From: an uncultured archaeon | Lineage (GTDB): Archaea > Asgardarchaeota > Jordiarchaeia > Jordiarchaeales > Jordiarchaeaceae | Reading direction: 5' to 3' | Length of the DNA stretch: 10,127 nucleotides | NCBI GenBank assembly: GCA_964510585.1 | Contig: CAZECW010000053.1 | Span: 1 to 10,127 of the forward strand | Shown: in pieces, positions 5,879-10,127 of the stretch | How the letters are laid out: each line of letters starts with the position of its first letter | How positions within the stretch are numbered: position 1 is the first letter of the stretch | Notes under the pieces: generated by a model | The model's input: the letters and a program-made list of their open reading frames with translations, nothing else | The model's database searches: none | Told to the model about the DNA's origin: nothing | Translations under genes and position numbers: made by a program

Positions 5879-6163
5879 ATGCTGTCACAAATGCCCATAG
5901 ATCTTAACAAAGTTAAGAAAGAAAATCTTGAAAAAGAGATATTAAGAGTAGGGATAATAGCCGAGCTAGATGCGATTAGCCTATATGAACAGCTGGCGGA
6001 CATGGCCAAAGACAACAACACTAGAAAAGTTCTCTTGGACATAGCGAAGGAAGAAAAGACCCACGTGGGAGAATTTCTAAGCCTACTGCTAAAGATAGAT
6101 GAGGAACAGGTGCAAGAACTAGAAGAAGGCAAAAAAGAAGTCGAAGAACTCACAGAGAAGTGA
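5879..6163 (+). CDS. Encapsulin-associated-type ferritin-like protein (EncFtn/Flp, ferritin/rubrerythrin superfamily), 94 aa
   Basis: EILRVGIIAELDAISLYEQLA..VLLDIAKEEKTHVGEFLSLLL..EQVQELEEGKKEVEELT closely parallels the ferritin-like N-terminal domain of the Pyrococcus furiosus encapsulin fusion as I recall it; half-ferroxidase ligands (E of AELDA, Y, EEKxH) are intact. Confidence 0.88.
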   Translation: MLSQMPIDLNKVKKENLEKEILRVGIIAELDAISLYEQLADMAKDNNTRKVLLDIAKEEKTHVGEFLSLLLKIDEEQVQELEEGKKEVEELTEK

Positions 6164-6203
6164 AAACTCAAAACTAAAACTTAAATGGGAAACCTTTACT
6201 CAC

Positions 6204-6210
6204 TTTTTTT
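6204..6210 (+). terminator. T7 run, candidate terminator of the ferritin-like gene
   Basis: TTTTTTT 40 nt after the stop codon. Confidence 0.4.
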
Positions 6211-6370
6211 CATAAAAATAGTTTTAAACCAGTTTCATCATCCTCTCCAAAAAAGGGGAAAACTTAAACAGTTTCTACCTGTAAAGAGTAATGCGAATTA
6301 GGGTTGTGGTTTAAGGGTTCAAAAGTTTCAGAAAAGTGTGGAGCAATAAATAATTGACGATTAGTGAAGG

Positions 6371-7054
6371 GTGCTGAAAAAGATGAGTGGAGAAAGGGAA
6401 TTGAAGGCTTTGATAAAAGAACTTACAGATGAAGATTTTGTGGTTCGATTGGAAGCAGCTGAAGCTTTGGGCTCACTGGGAGATCACCAAGCAGTTGAGC
6501 CGCTCATCGGAATTCTAAAGGACAAATTTGCTGAAGTTAGAAGCGCAGCAGCGGGAGCCCTTGGAGAAATAGGGGATCCCAGAGCCGTAGATGCCCTAAT
6601 ACACCTATTAATGGAGGATGAAGATGATGATGTTCGATTGAATGCGGCTTGGGCTCTGGGCAGAATAGGGGACAAAAGAGCGGTTGAACCTTTGATTCAA
6701 GCTTTAAATGACGAGAACTGGGATGTAGTTGGGGAGGTAGCTTTGGCTCTCGGAAACATAAGAGATGCCAGAGCAGTGGAGCCGCTTCTGAAAATGCTAA
6801 ACGTGGAAGAAGGATACATTAGAGGTGTGGCGGCAGAAGCATTGGGAGAAATAGGAGATAGTAGAGCAGTAGAGCCCCTCATAAAAGTTTTGAAGGATGA
6901 GGACTGGTATGCTAGAAGGGGGGCGGCAAGAGCCCTGGGGAAAATTAGGGACAGAAGAGCAGTGGAACCCCTTAAGCAATGCCTTATGGATGAGTCACAA
7001 GAAGTTCGAAAAACCGCAGAAGATGCTTTAAGGCAAATCGAGAAACATAAATAA
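6371..7054 (+). CDS. PBS-lyase HEAT-like repeat protein (7 repeats of about 31 aa)
   Basis: Seven repeats of the pattern AVEPLIxxLxDExxxVRxxAAxALGxIGDxR. Start is GTG 6371 or ATG 6383. Confidence 0.92.
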   Translation: MLKKMSGERELKALIKELTDEDFVVRLEAAEALGSLGDHQAVEPLIGILKDKFAEVRSAAAGALGEIGDPRAVDALIHLLMEDEDDDVRLNAAWALGRIGDKRAVEPLIQALNDENWDVVGEVALALGNIRDARAVEPLLKMLNVEEGYIRGVAAEALGEIGDSRAVEPLIKVLKDEDWYARRGAARALGKIRDRRAVEPLKQCLMDESQEVRKTAEDALRQIEKHK

Positions 7055-7098
7055 GCAACACATTGGGGGGAGAAAAGTAGTAAATGGTGGTGTATGGT

Positions 7099-7114
7099 CA
7101 AAAATTATTTATTA
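7099..7114 (+). promoter_or_regulatory. Candidate BRE/TATA promoter of the dehydratase operon
   Basis: CAAAAA-TTATTTATTA about 55 nt upstream of the TTG; RBS GGAGG at 7153-7157. Confidence 0.4.
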
Positions 7115-7166
7115 CACTTCTCTATCTAATTAGGCGTAGTTTTCCGATCGTTGGAGGAGATTTATT

Positions 7167-8297
7167 TTGTTGAAAACTCTGCAATCCCTCATTAATGTTT
7201 CTCGTACTCTCTCTAATTCTTGGATTGATTCGTGGAAGACTAAGGGCTATATTCTTGGCTATTTCTGCACCCATGTTCCAGAAGAGGTTATATACGCTGC
7301 GGATATTCTTCCCGTGAGGATCAGAGCTACAGGGTGCAAAGAAACTTCCCTGGCAGATGCTTTTCTCTCCAGTTTTAACTGCTCATTTGTGCGTTGCACT
7401 CTAGAGATGGCACTGGAAAAGCAGTACCCTTTTTTGGACGGAATCATTTCCTGCAATAGTTGCGACCACATTCGAAGGGTGTACGATGTTTGGAAACAAA
7501 AGGTGGGAACACCCTTCAAACATTTTCTTCAGGTACCCCGAATAATTAATGATGAAGCAATAGAAGCCTTCGTCCATGAAATAACGCTGCTTAAGGCGAG
7601 TTTAGAGAAGCACTTCAACATTGACATTTCAGAGGAAAAACTCTGGGAAGCAATAAAGATTTACAATGATGTCCGCGGGCTCCTCAAGGAACTCTACAAT
7701 ATTAGGAAGGAGGGAAGCCCCAAGATTAGTGGAACAGAATTCATGAGCGTGGTAACTGCGAGCACAGCGGTTCCCAAACACCAACTCAAAATGCTCCTAA
7801 ACCAGCTTCTAAACGAACTGGTGGACCGAGAGGGATACTCAAACTACCGCGCCAGACTACTTGTAATGGGAAGTCTTCTTGATGACCCCCACTACATAGA
7901 AATGATAGAAAACATGGGAGGCTTAGTGGTGGCTGATGCCCTATGCTTCGGTTCCCGCTACTTCTGGGACCCGGTTAAAGAGTCTGGAGACCCAATACAT
8001 AACTTGGCGGAGAGGTATCTTAAGAAGGTGCCCTGCGCCCGAATGATAGGTGAACACGACACAAGACTGCAATATGTTCTTGACACAATTAAGGAGTTTG
8101 ATGTGGAGGGTGTCATTTTTCAGAGGATGAAGTTCTGCGATTTCTGGGGCGGTGAATGCTTCATGTTTAGAAGGGAGCTTAAGGAGAGAGGAATACCTTT
8201 TCTGGAGCTTGAGAGAGAGTATATTTTAAGCGGTGTGGAGGCTGCAAAGACTCGTATTCAAGCCTTTCTGGAAAGCATCGAGGCGAGGAGGTTATAA
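7167..8297 (+). CDS. 2-hydroxyacyl-CoA dehydratase family subunit (HgdB/HadC/BcrC/BzdN-like), [4Fe-4S]
   Basis: GYFCTHVPEEVIYAA start motif; candidate cluster ligands NCSF, NSCDHIRR and KFCDFW; RLLVMGS; C-terminal KTRIQAFLE typical of the HGD-D family. Confidence 0.88.
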   Translation: MLKTLQSLINVSRTLSNSWIDSWKTKGYILGYFCTHVPEEVIYAADILPVRIRATGCKETSLADAFLSSFNCSFVRCTLEMALEKQYPFLDGIISCNSCDHIRRVYDVWKQKVGTPFKHFLQVPRIINDEAIEAFVHEITLLKASLEKHFNIDISEEKLWEAIKIYNDVRGLLKELYNIRKEGSPKISGTEFMSVVTASTAVPKHQLKMLLNQLLNELVDREGYSNYRARLLVMGSLLDDPHYIEMIENMGGLVVADALCFGSRYFWDPVKESGDPIHNLAERYLKKVPCARMIGEHDTRLQYVLDTIKEFDVEGVIFQRMKFCDFWGGECFMFRRELKERGIPFLELEREYILSGVEAAKTRIQAFLESIEARRL

Positions 8298-8299
8298 AA

Positions 8300-9583
8300 A
8301 TGGGTGAAGGAAAAGGTCCAGCAATGATAGAAACTCTCAGAACCATTTTTAGTTTTGTAAAAGATAACCCCATTCCCAAAGTTTACCACAAAGAGACTAT
8401 AGACTGCCTGTTCGCCTATGTGAACAATTACTTCAACTATAAAAAGAAGGATAAAAAGGTAGTGATGTACAATTTCTGCTTCACCCCAGAAATTTTCTAC
8501 GCCATGGACACCTATCCCCTCTGTCAGGAGGCTCTCTCGGTGGGATTGGCGGCTACCGGATTGGCTATGAATGAGCCCTACATAGACGTTGCGGAGGAGT
8601 CAGGCATCCCAAAGGAACTTTGTAACGCTCAAAAGCCCCTAATCGGAGCCTACCTTAAGGGGGACGCCCCAAAACCAGACTATATAATTTATGCTGCTCA
8701 GCCCTGCGACTCGCTCAACATTGAGTATCAAATATACGAAAATCTGTTTAAAGTGCCCTCCTTTCCCATCGATGTCCCCTACTGGCACTATGATCCTCAA
8801 TCAGAATTTTATAACGAGAAAACACTACCCTACCTCAAAAACCAATTGGAAAACATGGTGGAGTGGCTAGAGAAACAATTAGGATACCAATTGGACACCG
8901 AAAAACTAAAAAAAGTTGTTGAAATGTCAAATGAGGCCCAAGAAAATATTCTGGAATTCAACGAGTTAATGAAGTCCATCCCCTGCCCTCTCCCCAGCCT
9001 AACCCCATTCAACAACTACATAGTAGAACTCACGACTGCTGGAACGCCTGAATGCGTAGAATACGCTAAAAAGATGAGGAACCAAGCCGCAGAAAAAGTA
9101 AAACGGAAGGAGGGAGTGATTCCCGAGGAAAAAATTAGGGCAGTATGGCTGTACACCCACGTTTTCTTCTCACCAGACCTTTTTAACTGGATGGCTGAAA
9201 AGTTCGGCGCAGTAGTGGTTATGGACATGCTGGGCTACTTTATAACCAAACCCATAAACACCTCCAACACAGACAAAATATTTGAAGGACTAGCAGAAAA
9301 AGTTCTAGACATGCCCATGGCTCGCCAGTGCCGGGGACCCGCAGAATACTACATTGACGACTATATAAAAATGTGCAAGGAATACAGCGCAGACTGCGCC
9401 ATTTTTTCAGGGCACATGGCATGCAAGCACAGTTGGGGACTAATAAAACTATTAGCAGAATCCCTGCGGGAAGAAGTTGGAATCCCCACCCTAACCTTTG
9501 AAGTGGACACCATGGACTCCAGACCCGTTCCTCGAGGAGTCATAGAAGCCCGACTTGAACAATTCTTCACCACCATAATATAA
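8300..9583 (+). CDS. 2-hydroxyacyl-CoA dehydratase family subunit (HgdA/HadB/BcrB/BzdO-like), [4Fe-4S]
   Basis: PEIFYAMD, three candidate ligands LCNAQK, QPCDS and MACKHS, FPIDVP, GIPTLTFEVD..D.R and C-terminal ARLEQF; 2 nt after the previous stop, RBS GAGGAGG. Confidence 0.88.
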   Translation: MGEGKGPAMIETLRTIFSFVKDNPIPKVYHKETIDCLFAYVNNYFNYKKKDKKVVMYNFCFTPEIFYAMDTYPLCQEALSVGLAATGLAMNEPYIDVAEESGIPKELCNAQKPLIGAYLKGDAPKPDYIIYAAQPCDSLNIEYQIYENLFKVPSFPIDVPYWHYDPQSEFYNEKTLPYLKNQLENMVEWLEKQLGYQLDTEKLKKVVEMSNEAQENILEFNELMKSIPCPLPSLTPFNNYIVELTTAGTPECVEYAKKMRNQAAEKVKRKEGVIPEEKIRAVWLYTHVFFSPDLFNWMAEKFGAVVVMDMLGYFITKPINTSNTDKIFEGLAEKVLDMPMARQCRGPAEYYIDDYIKMCKEYSADCAIFSGHMACKHSWGLIKLLAESLREEVGIPTLTFEVDTMDSRPVPRGVIEARLEQFFTTII

Positions 9584-9597
9584 TAAAGGTGGAGCAA

Positions 9598-10127
9598 ATG
9601 ATAGTGGCAGGATGCGATGTGGGCTCTCTAACCGGAAAGGCCCTAATTATGAAAAACGGTGAAGTCATATCCTACAGCATAGTTCCCTCAACAATTAAGC
9701 CCGAGAAAACATCATGGAACGCCTTAGAGGCTGCACTCGAAAAGGCTCGATTAAAAACTGGAGACTTGGCATACATTGTGGGCACAGGCTATGGGAGAAT
9801 GAAGGTACCCTTCGCCAACCTCAACGTTTCTGAACTAAGTTGCCACGGCAAAGGAGCCCACTGGCTAGTTCCCTCCATTAGAACAGTGATAGATGTGGGT
9901 GGACAGGACTGCAAAGTAATCAGACTGGATGACGACGGTAGAATCCTCGATTTCGCCATGAACGATAAATGCGCCGCAGGCACAGGAAGATTCTTAGAAG
10001 TCATGGCCAAAGCCCTAGAAGTGAAACTCGACGAACTAGGCGAACTCTCCAAAAAATCAACCAAACCCGCCCAAATAACCAGCCAATGCAGCGTTTTCGC
10101 CGAAACAGAAGTCATAAGCCTCATCGC
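9598..10127 (+). CDS. CoA-substrate-specific enzyme activase (HgdC/BcrA/BcrD/BzdP family, ASKHA ATPase); truncated by window end and absent from the ORF track
   Basis: My translation: MIVAGCDVGSLTGKALIMKNGEVISYSIVPSTIKPEKTSWNALEAALEKARLKTGDLAYIVGTGYGRMKVPFANLNVSELSCHGKGAHWLVPSIRTVIDVGGQDCKVIRLDDDGRILDFAMNDKCAAGTGRFLEVMAKALEVKLDELGELSKKSTKPAQITSQCSVFAETEVISLI. Motifs DxGS, GTGYGR, DxGGQD and cluster ligands KCAAGTG and QCSVFAE are present. Confidence 0.93.
   Translation, partial: MIVAGCDVGSLTGKALIMKNGEVISYSIVPSTIKPEKTSWNALEAALEKARLKTGDLAYIVGTGYGRMKVPFANLNVSELSCHGKGAHWLVPSIRTVIDVGGQDCKVIRLDDDGRILDFAMNDKCAAGTGRFLEVMAKALEVKLDELGELSKKSTKPAQITSQCSVFAETEVISLI

Noticed and set aside
148-6163. A coherent heavy-metal resistance island (merA + ArsB-like permease + ferritin)
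   Set aside because: The genes are separately promoted and separated by long unrelated DNA; the permease family is broad and arsenite specificity is not shown.
5851-10124. Minus-strand ORFs over the ferritin, HEAT, dehydratase and activase genes
   Set aside because: Antisense shadows of well-supported genes.

Overview
Archaeal-looking genomic DNA (GAGGTG/GGGGTG-type ribosome-binding sites, BRE+TATA promoters, T-run terminators); the lineage cannot be assigned from this window. Left to right: (i) the left end of an IS200/IS605-family (IS608-like) element that runs out of the window on the minus strand, inserted just behind (ii) a mercuric reductase gene, merA (minus strand, C-terminal CC, no N-terminal metal-binding domain), with a palindrome over its predicted promoter and an unexplained small upstream ORF; (iii) about 500 bp of unexplained DNA; (iv) a membrane-anchored DUF4332/helix-hairpin-helix protein; (v) a roughly 1 kb intergenic region with a 61-nt pure A/T run, helically phased AAATT tracts and a well-matching promoter far from any gene; (vi) an ArsB/NhaD-family permease with an internal helix duplication; (vii) a stand-alone encapsulin-type ferritin-like protein with no shell gene or targeting peptide; (viii) a 7-repeat PBS-lyase HEAT protein; (ix) a 2-hydroxyacyl-CoA dehydratase / class I benzoyl-CoA reductase-family operon of two [4Fe-4S] subunits plus an ATP-dependent activase, which the ORF track misses and the window edge truncates. 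Across the window the synonymous base composition swings from G/T-rich to A/C-rich in a sawtooth. No complete novel system is proven. The best leads are the IS end, the origin-like intergenic region with the skew, and the orphan ferritin.
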